A DNA stretch of 64,000 nucleotides from NCBI GenBank assembly GCA_043228905.1, contig JBHGNT010000010.1:20398001-20462000 (forward strand), read 5' to 3'. The DNA comes from Azolla caroliniana (taxonomy: Eukaryota; Plantae; Polypodiophyta). The stretch's first letter is position 1, and each line of letters begins with the position of its first letter. The translations under genes were made by a program, and so were the position numbers. Shown piece by piece: positions 14,551 through 25,929 of this stretch. The notes under the pieces are model-generated. The model had not been told where the DNA came from. It did not search any database and saw only the letters and a program-made list of their open reading frames with translations.

Positions 14551-15399
14551 GCCGTAAGCTTAGTAATAGATGGTGTTTGCCTTTCAAGTTGGAGACTTCT
14601 AGGGTGTCACAAGAGATTACCCATTTCCGAGTTCTCGCCTGAAGTCATAAGTTTGATCTACCTTGAGTACATTGACACATGCCTCCTAACCCACACCTGT
14701 AAAAGAGAAAGCCAAAAGAAGCCTTTTTATTCCTTTCATCCTAAATGCGGAGCCACTCGAGAAAACCAAAACCCAAACTCTATGTTGTTGTATGAGTACT
14801 TTCCTGCGTGAAGGGCATGTGTAGAAGGAAACAAACATTGTTGAATGTCAAAGAAATGTTTGTATGACTTCTATGATCGCAATTGAAGTACCTTGAGGAG
14901 TTAACCTTGCTAGTTAGTTCTCTTGTTGGGAGCAGGAATATGGGGAGAGAAATCAAACATCGGCAAAAGGATTTGAACGCCAAGGCACCTGTACAATCCT
15001 AAGCAACATTTTAGTACATTCGCATTGAAGGAGAAAAATCAACATCAAGATACAAGAACCCTACTAACTAACATTTTTTTTTCTACTTTGGCATGTAGGG
15101 TGGGCGATTGATATAGAAGGAAACTACGACAACTCTATGGGTTTGAACCCTAAATTTGTGCAACACGGAAACTTGAAACACTTGGCCGATAGTGACCTTA
15201 TAATAAATTGGCATGAAGGGTAAACATAGAAAAACGAACCACCGACATACATGTTTGAACACAAAAGTTAATGTGCAATGACCTGAAAGAAGTTACATGC
15301 ATATGTTATTCCTTTTGATATGCGGGGAAGAGTACCAAGACCGATTAAAAATGTAGAATTGAACCTTGTGCCACTCCCCAACAACTCTAAAGATTGGAT

Positions 15400-16030
15400 T
15401 GAACTTTTCTTTAGCAATTGGGATGACTAAGATCTCTCTCTCAAATCCCTTCTCAATGATTTTCATGTGTGTTTCATGTAGCCTATCTACAACTCCTAAA
15501 CCTCCACGTGCTTTCAGGATGGAAACTAAGGTTGCAACACTTGGAGCTTGATTCTCTTGCTACATTATGTGTAAGCACATTAGTGCATCTTGACTAAATC
15601 CATTATCAACATATCCAGAAAGTAGAACATTCCATAACGCATCATGCCGTGCAGAGAGACCGTTGAAGATAATCCATGCTTCGTGGGTTGCACTAACCAA
15701 GCTGCTTCCAAGAAAATAATATTTTTAATATCCTTTCTGAAGGATTTCAATATGTATTTTTTGTTTTCATTGAGAGCATAAATGCTACTACATGCTTTTA
15801 AGGCAACAACATATATGCCACAGTCCACAAGTATATTTTCTAAATACATATTTTCTATGCAATTGCTTACATGTGAGCTATATCCACAATCTAAGAGTCC
15901 AGTAATTAGTGCATTCCATGAGATGCCATCATGTTTAGACTTATCAAAAACCATACATGCATCTAGAAGATACTCGCATTTGCTATGTACATTTTCTTTT
16001 AGTTTTGAGTATCTTGAGATGATGTTATAC
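15400..16030 (-). pseudogene. Degenerate PPR (PLS-like) gene fragment
   Basis: Fragments DACMVFDK..DGISWNALITG, YVVALKACSSI and PSVATLVSILKA in shifting frames with stops. Confidence 0.6.
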
Positions 16031-17690
16031 ATGGTTATTAGTCGGAAGATTCATACTATTATGTTCATGCATTTCTATGTACATTATTTGTTAATTCTAG
16101 TTGCATGTTCATTATGTTACATATTGTCATTAGTCATAAGATTCATGATACTACTACATATATGTTTCTATAGTGGTCAACTTTATTTAGGTTGTAATAA
16201 ACAAGTTTGGATAATATGTTACATTTCAGCTTTTACCAAGAAGGTTGGGCTGACAAGGTGAAGCAAGAAGCTTATTGTTGTTGACATAACAACACTTGAT
16301 TGATCTCATTTGAACACATGTGGGACAATTGTTCAAGAACTCTAGGTGTCCTAGATAGGCATACAATACTATTTATTTATTTATTATTTATTTTTTCCAT
16401 AAAGGTTTCCTTCATTAGTATTAAGAAAAAACGTCGTAAGGCTACAAACTGTACAATTAGACAGTGTTATATACAAAAAGGATAATCAGGGGAAGGGCCA
16501 GGGATGATGATATTTCCAGATAGGTCCTTGAGAGGAGATCATGAATAGAGGCAACTTCCTCCATAATTGCGCTAATTTTTTCCTTTTCTTAAGAACAACC
16601 TCCGAAGGGCCCAACATATTGTCATATTGCCCACGCACTACCGCCAATAAGTTGTCCCATAATTCTAGCAATATATATGAGAGAAGGGGAATTATAGAAT
16701 CACATAGTCTTTTACACCGATACTTCCATAAGGTCCATAATGTAACCGTGGATACTATTTTCCATACATGGGCTGCACTGCACGCATTTGCTTTCGAGGT
16801 TGCTGAAAAGGGGAGACAAATATTAGATGCCTGTTGACAACTGACTGTCTTAGCCTCTAGAGCATCATCTGCCTCATACAATAAGAGACTGGAATGGAGA
16901 ATCCCCCATACCGTTGATCCCCAAGAGAATAGGCAACCTACATTAATTGTTAGGAATAAAGAAAGAACTTTATCCCATACCTGTTGGGCTATTGAACATG
17001 ACCAAAGAGCATGCTTGGTAGTTTACTGCAAGTCACCACAATAACTACATTGTCTAAGAACGGGTGCCATGTTTCCTTTCAAAGATTGACCTACTGGTAG
17101 TGTTGCATGTAGTAAAAGCCATTTGAAGAGAGTGTATTTTGTTGGTCCCCTAAAAGACCAAATCCATTTCCAATAAGCCTTCAAGTGATTGCTTGATACA
17201 CCCCACTTATTCCAGTGCTTTTGAGCCACAAGAGTTGGAATATTATTAGACATGAGTAAGGTTCTTCCAAATTTCACAGTATACTGAAAGAACGGAACTT
17301 TTTGCATTGGATCCATCATGGGACTAATCCAAGACAATCCCCCTGGGTCCCGTATTAGCCTATTAATTGGTTGTCGTGCATATAACCAAAGCATATCCGA
17401 CAAATGGGCTAACACCGGGACATTTGAAACAGGTAATATGTCGCATTTTAAGAACTATCCGTCAAAAAAAGACACAAAATAGGTCGATTGACAAAAAGGG
17501 GTGCCGCATGCGTAAAGGATTTTCAAAAATGACCCAAAAATATATTGATTTTAAGCATGTCCAAAATTGTAGGTCTTTCAAAAAATGCCTAAATAATAGA
17601 CATGCCAAACTTACAAAAGAATGTACAAAATGACTACCACCTATATTTATACATATTCGTTAACTGACATTTTGATGTACAATTCAATAT

Positions 17691-20444
17691 CTACAGATCA
17701 GGTGTCAAACTATCGCTTTCCAAGTCTATGCCATCATTTTTAGACCCATCCGATGAACTAGAAGAGCTTTGTGAGGTATCATCCTCATCATCACTGGCAA
17801 CCAATGCATTGTCTTCATCCAATTGCAATCCAACATCACCATGGTTATGAGACATGCTTCTTGTTTGTCTTTGTGTAGTGGTTGGAGCCGCATTTGGGAT
17901 CTTCTCTTTTAATATCTTGATTGTGGTTTGTCTTAGATGGCCTGTTTTAGTCAAGGAGAAGTCATACACTAGTATGTCAACATTATCCAATGTAAGAACA
18001 TACGTGCTTGGTAGATTCTTTCTTCTTCGCTTTCTACTTGTGCCTTCAACATCCTTAACCATCTCTAAAGAGTACTTTCCAGAGAATGGATTTGGTGAAG
18101 AGGTGTGATACCAATGAACCACAATGGACTTAACTTGATTGCCTGATTCATCCTTCATTATATCCAAAATTTTAGCAATCCAAAATGGATGGCCCAACTC
18201 ATCATCCCCAGCTAATGTTGCAACTAACATCCCAACTTGTAGTTCATGCAAATTGCCTTGCCATCTTGCCTCTGCAGTACGCGATATTCTTGGTCCCACA
18301 TAAATATCTCTCTGTCGTGGGCGAACTAGATTATTGAGTTCAACATTACCAATTAATTGATGGTTAGCAGGTGAAACTATTGACGGCATACCAATGTTCC
18401 ATGTGAAAGCATTTTGGATTGGCCATACTCCGGCAATGTAGTTGTTTAAAATTGTATGTTGATGGTTAAAGAAGGTATCCCACCATTGAACATCTTGATC
18501 ACCAACATACTTCTTGGTGCGCTCAATATTTCTTTGTTTCTCTTCAAGGCATCGCATCCAATATATCTTTTTCTCATCAATTGAGTTGCTATGAACCATT
18601 TTTTTATGGTCATCATACGGCATTTGTTCTGCACCATGGATTTCTGTATTTGGAAAATAAAGTAAGAACCTACAACCCTCTTGTGGCTCCCATTGTGAAC
18701 TAGATGAGTATTGTTTTGCATACAACATCGTCGTGTTGTGGCTCATATCACTTCGTTTTATGAGGAAGACATGGTTAAAACTTATATTATTCAGAGGTGC
18801 AAGAACCCTACCTTGAGCCCCATCACCATCCATGCAGAAGCGTTTAAAATCATACACTTCATTCAACTGATGTACTTCGGGCTTCGGGGTATAAGCTTCA
18901 CTGATCAACATTGTTAGCGTAGGAAGCGTGAAAGCATCACATCGTGCTAATTTCTTTGAGAACCTACTAAACATTTGATCTATATGATCATGGGTATGAC
19001 CAACTAGTAAGAAGTTAACCTTAATCTTCTTAAATAAACCCTTCTCTACTAGCATGCTTAAGTAACCGAAAACAGTCGAGTTTTTGTTTTCTCTAGCTGT
19101 ATTGTCAAGTTGCACGTATAGAACAGGCGAGAGTATACCTGGCCAAGACTACAACACTCTTTGCATGACTGTAACTGTAAGATTAGGGTTGTTGTGGATA
19201 TTAGGATAAGTTAAGAATACTTGAGGCCTTATTGTCTGACAATATGACAAGCAACCTACTAAATGCATTTGTACAAGGCATTCATCTCCAATATCCTTTG
19301 GCAACCTTTGAAAGTGTGGCAAACAAGTCTTCTTCTGATCCATGCCATCAATAATCATACACATATACCTTTCAGGTGATTGGAGAGCTTTTCGTCGGTG
19401 GTGCATAGCTTTAGAACGTTCCAATGCTTGACTCTCACGGTGTTCTTTCAATAGATTCTTGTAATTCTTTATTTCATCATCTGATTTCCCACCCTTTGCC
19501 ATACTCTTTAAACTTGCACATATTGAACAAACACCCATTCGAACTTTACGCGGTATAACCACATTGTTAAATTGTAACCTCCATAATCGATTGAAATGTC
19601 GATACTGTATGTAAGGTACACCTTGTGACAACATGTCGTCTTTATATTCTTGATACACCTCACGACGAGTGAAATTATCAGACAAGTGCAATCTCCCAGT
19701 AGTGGGCATAATATCACATTGCTTTGAGAAATATATCTCCATCCAATTAATAGAATGACGCCCTATAAGACCCTTACTACCAGAGGAATTCATATCAAAA
19801 GGTATAAACGATCCCTTCACCAATCTTAGTTGTATTCTCTGAAGCCTCATGTTCCCAATGCTATGAGCAATTTTGAAAGCAACTCTACAACACTTAGTCC
19901 TCAATGCAAGGTAATATTCAACGTGCGTTGAACTAGCCCCAGTGGCGTGATCTCTTACAAGCTGCATATGTGAAATAAGAAAAGTATCTTGTTCCTCACC
20001 ATTAAGTGATAGATACTTCTCCCGCATTATTCGTAAGTTTGACTTTCCAAATTTATTAAGACATAGATTCCCACAACATGTCTTGCTCGAATCACAAACA
20101 ATTTGACGATCAGAACATAAAAAGTTATATCTCTTTACACTAACTTGTCGAGGAACTCTTTTGAATGTGAGAGGCTTTGTTACGCAAGCTTCGCCAGATG
20201 TGGTTTCATCCTTGTCAATGCTTGCACAACTTTTGCTATCTTGTATACCACTTTGTCCTGGCCTCTTGAAAGGGTCAATTGAGAAAAGTGAGTTTGAGTT
20301 ATTACCAACATCACAACTAACATTTTCACCTGGACCCTTTGAAACACTTGGGACCTTGTACTCATCGACTGAGAAATATGAGTTACTCGATAAAACATAA
20401 GGGTCCACTGAAAACAAGGATGATCTACTCGAAGCACAAGACAT
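17691..20444 (-). pseudogene. Sola-like DDD transposase (917 codons) with one in-frame TAG at 19149-19151
   Basis: The two track ORFs share a frame (MQRVL*SWPGILSPVLYVQLDNTARENKN). Cys-rich N-terminus, CSIC motif, and putative catalytic motifs IIDGMDQKK, QLDNTARENKN and LVGHTHDHIDQMFS. Lies inside TIRs with a 4-bp TSD. Superfamily assignment is by motif recall. Confidence 0.8.
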
Positions 20445-20979
20445 CTTGAAGCCTAACTTAAATTAACACCTTTCTCTTGTTTAAGTAGAAGTTTAGGAAT
20501 TGAAGATCTAGTCTATGAACATAAACCATATGAAGACATCTTGGGATAAAAGATAAGGTATATTGACATCATATTATTATTTAATTTTGTAAATTTTTTA
20601 TAATAATTTATTGTGTAATATTGTATTTTTTTAAGAGAAAATCTTTTTTTTTAAATAATTATTTTATTTTCCAAAAAAACAATTTAAGTTAACTATATAA
20701 ATAGAGATCTACCACTCATTATCTCTTACACGTTTCAAGAGCTCAGAGCACTCTTTAGAAAAAGTCATCGTTTTCTGTGTTCATCAACACATTGTCAACA
20801 ACTAGTCTAACATGAAATCGAGCAAGACAGTTGGCAAGTAAGTCTTCTATTACCCAAATTTAAAAATTCCTAAAGATACCATAAAGATTCTTTTTTATTA
20901 TCTATAAAATTGAGTGACTTTAATTATAATTAGTTTGGTGTATGTATAATTTCTTCGGTTTCTTGAGAGAATGTCCTCT

Positions 20980-21856
20980 CTAATTCGATGCAGTGCATCG
21001 GATTAGAAAGTACTTCCTCGCTAACTTGATGAACTGCATGGGGGTAGATAGGAAATTAAGACAACACACATAGATACGACATCCTCTGAAATCCGATGCA
21101 ATGCATCGGATTTCAGACGATGTCGTATCATATCCTCCCTAATCCAATGTAGTGCATCGGATTAGGGAGAAGATGATCAGGAAACCTCTGAAATCCGATG
21201 CACTGCATCGGATTAGGGAGAAAATCCTCCCTAATCCGATGAAATGCATCAGATTTCAAAGGATGTCGTATTATATCCTCTGAAATCTGATGCAATGCAT
21301 CGGATTTCAGAGGATGTCGTATCATATCCTCCCAAATCCAATGTAATGCATCGGAGTAGGGAGGAGATGATGAGAAAACCTCTCGTTTTAGAGGATTTCC
21401 TCCCTAATCCGATGCAGTGTGCATCGGATTAGGGAGGAGATGATCAGAAAACCTCTGAAATCCGACGCAGTGCAATGGATTTCAGAGGATGTCCTCTCTA
21501 ATCCGATGCACTGCATCGGATTAGGGAGGAGATGATCAGAAAACCTCCCAAATCCGATGCAATGCATCGGATTTCAGAGGATGTCCTCTCTAATCCGATG
21601 CAGTGCATCGGATTAGGGAGGAGATGATCAGAAAACCTCCCAAATCCGATGCACTGCATCGGATTAGAGAGGACATCCTCTGAAATCCGATGCAGTGCAT
21701 CGGATTAGGGAGGAGATGATCAGAAAACCTCCCAAATCCGATGCAATGCATCGGATTTCAGAGGATGTCCTCTCTAATCCGATGCAGTGCATCGGATTAG
21801 GGAGGAGAGGATAGGAAATCCTCTGAAATCCGATGCACTGCATCGGATTTCAGAGG
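20980..21856. repeat. Array of ~18 palindromic 23-bp cores AATCCGATGCA-N-TGCATCGGATT with a 92-bp (51+41) higher-order period
   Basis: Cores start at about 21500, 21551, 21592, 21643, 21684, 21735, 21776 and 21827. Further copies, some degenerate, occur from 20982 to 21459. Confidence 0.93.
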
Positions 21857-21859
21857 ACG

Positions 21860-22230
21860 TGCTAGCTTTATTTTAGCTTTATTTTAGGTATATTTAGATG
21901 TATTTTATGTATATTTAGGTGTATTTCGTCGTATTTACGTGTCTGTTACATGTACTTAGGTGTATTTATATGTATTTAGTAGTGTTTAGGTGTGTTTAGG
22001 TCTACTTACGTGTATTTAGGTGTGTTTTATGTTTATTTTACGTGTACTTAGGTGTATTGGAGAGTATTCTGTTTAGGGTTTAGTGTATTTAGGTGTGTTT
22101 TACATGTAGTTAAGGGTATTTAGGTGCACTTACGTGTATTTAGGTGCGTTTTATGTGTATTTTACGTGTACTACGGTGTATTAAAGAGAATTTAGTTGTG
22201 TTTTGGTGTATTCACGTATATTTTACATTT
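21860..22230. repeat. ~10-bp periodic low-complexity repeat (gtatttaggt / tttacgtgta)
   Basis: Repeated tatttaggtg, tttacgtg and ttttatgt units read directly. Confidence 0.75.
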
Positions 22231-22444
22231 ATTTCACGAAAATATTTTGTTTTCTTCCCCAGTGAGCCCCGTCCGAAGGTGCCCTCTTTCAAGTTGAAGT
22301 TCCGGTCTCCGACAAAACATGACTCGGAGAGTTTTTTAAAAGAAAAGTCTCGACGATCATTATTTTCTTTATTCTTTATTCTTGTGCATTTCCTTTGATA
22401 ACTGATTTCACATTTAATATTTTATTTTTAGTCATAAAGTATAC

Positions 22445-23939
22445 ATGAAGATACAAGAATTGATGATGAAAAAATTGTGCCTACCAACCTGGGAAGAAGT
22501 CGAACAAGCTTGCCCAATAACATCATCATATAAGGCATTAGAAGAGTTCTTCATTGTATTTAGAGAATGGGTATGTGTATTTTCAATTTGAAAAGATTCA
22601 ATTATCATTTATCAGATATATTCCTTACAGGAAATGAATTTTGCAGAAACCACCTTGATCAAAGAAAGTTGGTGATAGTAATGACGGTATTCCAAGTTCG
22701 TTCATTACGCACTTGGAACGTGCTAAATACGAAAAAAGAATGACAAAGGGAAAGGAGTTGGAAGTGCCGGAGGACTTCGCAACAGTAAAAAGTTTTTTGC
22801 ATAGAGCTGACCCTTTCAAACAATTACATTATAGTGTATTCCAGGGGGATGTGGTGAATATGCTCGACATATTACCAAAAAGGCACTATACATTACTTAT
22901 TGCTGATATACCGTACGGATTCCGGATCACGGGTTCCATGTTCGATGATGTGCCTTTCAAGTACCCCCAGATTGAGAAGATGGTAAAGGACTTCGCAGAG
23001 TTGACCTTAGCACCATTGTGGAGGATAGTCATATTTCATAGCATGGGTCAATCATTGTCAGTCACAACTGCTTTAAAGTCACGATGTCATGCAACAGAGC
23101 ATATGCATTGGTTAGTTATACGTTGTTTTTTGATAATATTCTCTTAGATATGTGGTTTATATATGTTCCATTCAAATTTTAACTCAATTGTTTTGGGTTC
23201 AATAGGATTAAAACAAATATTACACGTAGCCCGGGCGATCGTATGGTTAGTGCAGTTGAGCATCTTAGTGTGGGTTATTATGATGTAATAACGAAGAAGA
23301 AGGCTCGGGCACACGTTAATGAAAGAAACGTTGTAAATTATATAATGTGCCCAGCTGTGACAAAGAAGCTTCGACATGTATCAGGTGAAAAGAGCCTTGT
23401 GAACCCTTATCAAAAACCTCAAAGATTGATCAACCGCTTAATCGAGCTCTTCTCAAACCCAGATGATTGGGTTCTGGATTTGTTCTCTGGCACAGGTATA
23501 TGTAATATAAGTTTAGTCTCGTTAATTTGATTAAGTTATAGACTTTCATTATTATTTTGACTTCTGCACTTCTATTTTACGATCAGGTACTACTACAGCT
23601 TGTGCATTAAAAATGTTCAGAAACTGTGTCGCGTTGGAGAAGGACCCTGAACAAGTTAACTACATCAAAATGAGGATCCAAGGAATCTGGGATTGTCCGG
23701 ATCAAGATCAAGAAGTCGGAGCGAAGCACATCAATGAAACAGAGAGGTTTCAGATGACTTCGAGAGAGCCAATGGAACCTATAGATGAAGACGCAGGGGA
23801 CCTTGTGGACCTAGAAGATGTAATAGAATTTGAACATATGCATGGTTCAGCGGAGCAAACAATCAATGCTACAGAGGACAATTTAGAAGAGTCCATTCAT
23901 CCAGAAGAGCCCACATTGCCTGACTTGCTTATAGATTGA
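22445..23939 (+). CDS. Beta-class N6-adenine/N4-cytosine DNA methyltransferase, 4 exons, premature TGA at 22656-22658
   Basis: Exons 22445-22570, 22647-23110, 23206-23495, 23587-23939 total 1233 nt, all GT-AG with compatible phases. Motifs in beta order: FQGDVVNML, LLIADIPYG (motif IV), WIKTN..E, NPYQKPQRLINRLIELFSNPDDWVLDLFSGTGTT (motifs X/I), RNCVALEKDPEQVNYIKMRI. Confidence 0.88.
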
Positions 23940-25929
23940 TTTCTATGGTTAGGTGTATTATTTGAACGATATTAAATGATAGACATTGACTTGTGACTAT
24001 TGTTTCATTTGAACACAATTAAAACTTAAAGTTTGAGTTTATTTGGCAAAGTGTATAATTTGAATGGTATTAATGTTTTACATGTTCTTCAACCTTTCTT
24101 TGGAAAGTCTGCAAGGGTTTTTATAGATGATTTTGGCCATCAATAGTGCAAAGATGGGTCATCTAGAAACGTTGTGTGCGGATAATCTTTAGTATTTGAT
24201 TTATGTATAATTTGACTAAGTCTATAATTTTAAGGGTATTAAATGTTTATCTTTGACTTCTACCTTCTAGAGTTATAACACTATTAAGTTTTAAAGTTTG
24301 ACGTATTATATGTGATTATATTATAAAATTAGCATCTATGTGATTCTTGGCGTGGGCAACTATTTTTATCTTCGCCACAATTACGGTTCAAATGATTAAA
24401 GTTGCATATAATTCCATTCCGTTAATTTAGAATTTCACAAAAAACATGACATATGAAATATAAGGCTATTGATTTTCTTGACATAAAATTATTTAGTTGA
24501 AATTTTTGCTATGTTTTAAGGAACCATGTACGCATGCGTGGTACCTTTTTGAAATTCTGCTAAAATAAGGCATATTTTAACATCTCCTCAAGATGTGAAA
24601 AAGAGAATGCGACATATTACCTGTTTCAAATGTCCCGGTGTTGGCTATTGACGGTTGTGGATCCAAGAGCCATTTCTTACCAGTTTTGGCAATCACCCTA
24701 ACTGGAACAACAAGCAGGTTTCGCAGCAAATTATCAGAGGGTGTATAAGGCTGCAATTTATTATCTTGTTGAATATGGAAATAAAAAATACACCCGTTTG
24801 TAGAAATTCCTTTAACAAAGAGCATCATGTCATTCGTTAGGCAACCAAACCACATATGCTCTTGCATTGGCTGAAGTCATGATGAGGCCTGAGAGAAGGC
24901 TGTTGAAATATCCATTGTCATTGTCTTCGCCCCATATATCGAGTGTAACTGCTTAAGGCGATCCACTTCTGGCATTTGCTGAAAATGAATCCAGGATCCT
25001 ACTGATGCTGCTGGCCCATTGTGTAATTTTCCCCATGCAAGACGAGGTCTAAGGCCCAATACATTTCTAGTAGAATCTCGAACAAGAGAATTAGCCAAAA
25101 GCGGTTGATTCATCCAACCATCCCATGTGTTAGGCATGTCCTTGCGTAAAAAAATCTCAATTGCATCCCATGCTCTAACGATCCCTAGTAGAAATCTATT
25201 GGATGTTAGATTCCGTCTCGGTGTTTGAATATCTGTCAAGAACATCCATTTCAAAGACGGCAACCAGTTTCCTCCTGTCTTGGGAAATAATTGCATCAGC
25301 TGATTAAGCAACATACCCTTCCATGCCTCTGTCCCTGGCAACAATCCTCTGACTACAAACTTTGTCAAGAGAGCTCGAGATTGTATCAAGGGATCTATTA
25401 GAGCCAACCCTCCCTGACTTTTTGGTCTAATCAAAACATCCCATGCCACCTTGGCCACTGCACAAGATCCATTTTTTCCACCCCAAAGGAAGTTACGTAT
25501 GAGGCATACAATAATATTTCATATATTGGGATGGAGTAATGAATGGCATTGTAGATTTTTAAAGCCTATAATAGAGACTAAAGGTATCAAAGTAAAGAAG
25601 GGAGAAAAAATAATACGACACTGGTGTTTTGAATTATCATATGGGCCTTACCATACAAGTTGTCCGCATCATGTTGAATGGCATGAAGGAGGTTTCCATC
25701 ACTATGTATTGTGTTGTTAGGTGATAACCGAGGCCACACTATTGAGACCAGTTACTTGACATTCATATCTCGTGACACGGACACAATGGTGACCGAGTCT
25801 TACAATGGAGGTTCACTTGTGAAGCTCATCACGTTCCCAATATAGCGAAGATACAAAAAAAGAAGAACCTTTATATCGGCGAAGGGGTGGAATATATGTA
25901 ACCAATAATGATACATCAAAGTTCACATG

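Larger units (their letters stand above)
17411..24642. mobile_element. 7.2-kb TIR DNA transposon (Sola-like) carrying a transposase and an amino-DNA methyltransferase
   Basis: Perfect 37-bp TIR aacaccgggacatttgaaacaggtaatatgtcgcatt at 17411-17447, with its reverse complement at 24606-24642. TSD ggct at 17407-17410 and 24643-24646. Excision restores the LINE frame (PQPSIA|HLSDMLW). Confidence 0.95.
16375..25501 (-). mobile_element. 5'-truncated L1-type LINE (ORF2 C-terminal part), split by a DNA transposon
   Basis: IRNFLWGG..AKVAWDVLIRPKSQGGLALIDP (about 25500-25390), zf-RVT-like YWKWIW...CSYCG..KHALWSC and WTLWKYRC. A-rich tail at about 16375-16396. 18-bp TSD aggcatacaata(c/a)tattt at 16357-16374 and 25502-25519. 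Contains in-frame stops. Confidence 0.88.

Noticed and set aside
17691-20444. Two separate genes, as the ORF track suggests
   Set aside because: Same frame separated by a single TAG, with catalytic motifs distributed across both halves.
20980-21856. CRISPR array
   Set aside because: The spacers between palindromes are themselves repeated (two alternating types) rather than unique, there are no cas genes, and the context is eukaryotic.
22445-23939. Bacterial contamination or a restriction-modification operon
   Set aside because: The gene has spliceosomal introns, lies within TIRs nested in a plant LINE, and has no endonuclease partner.
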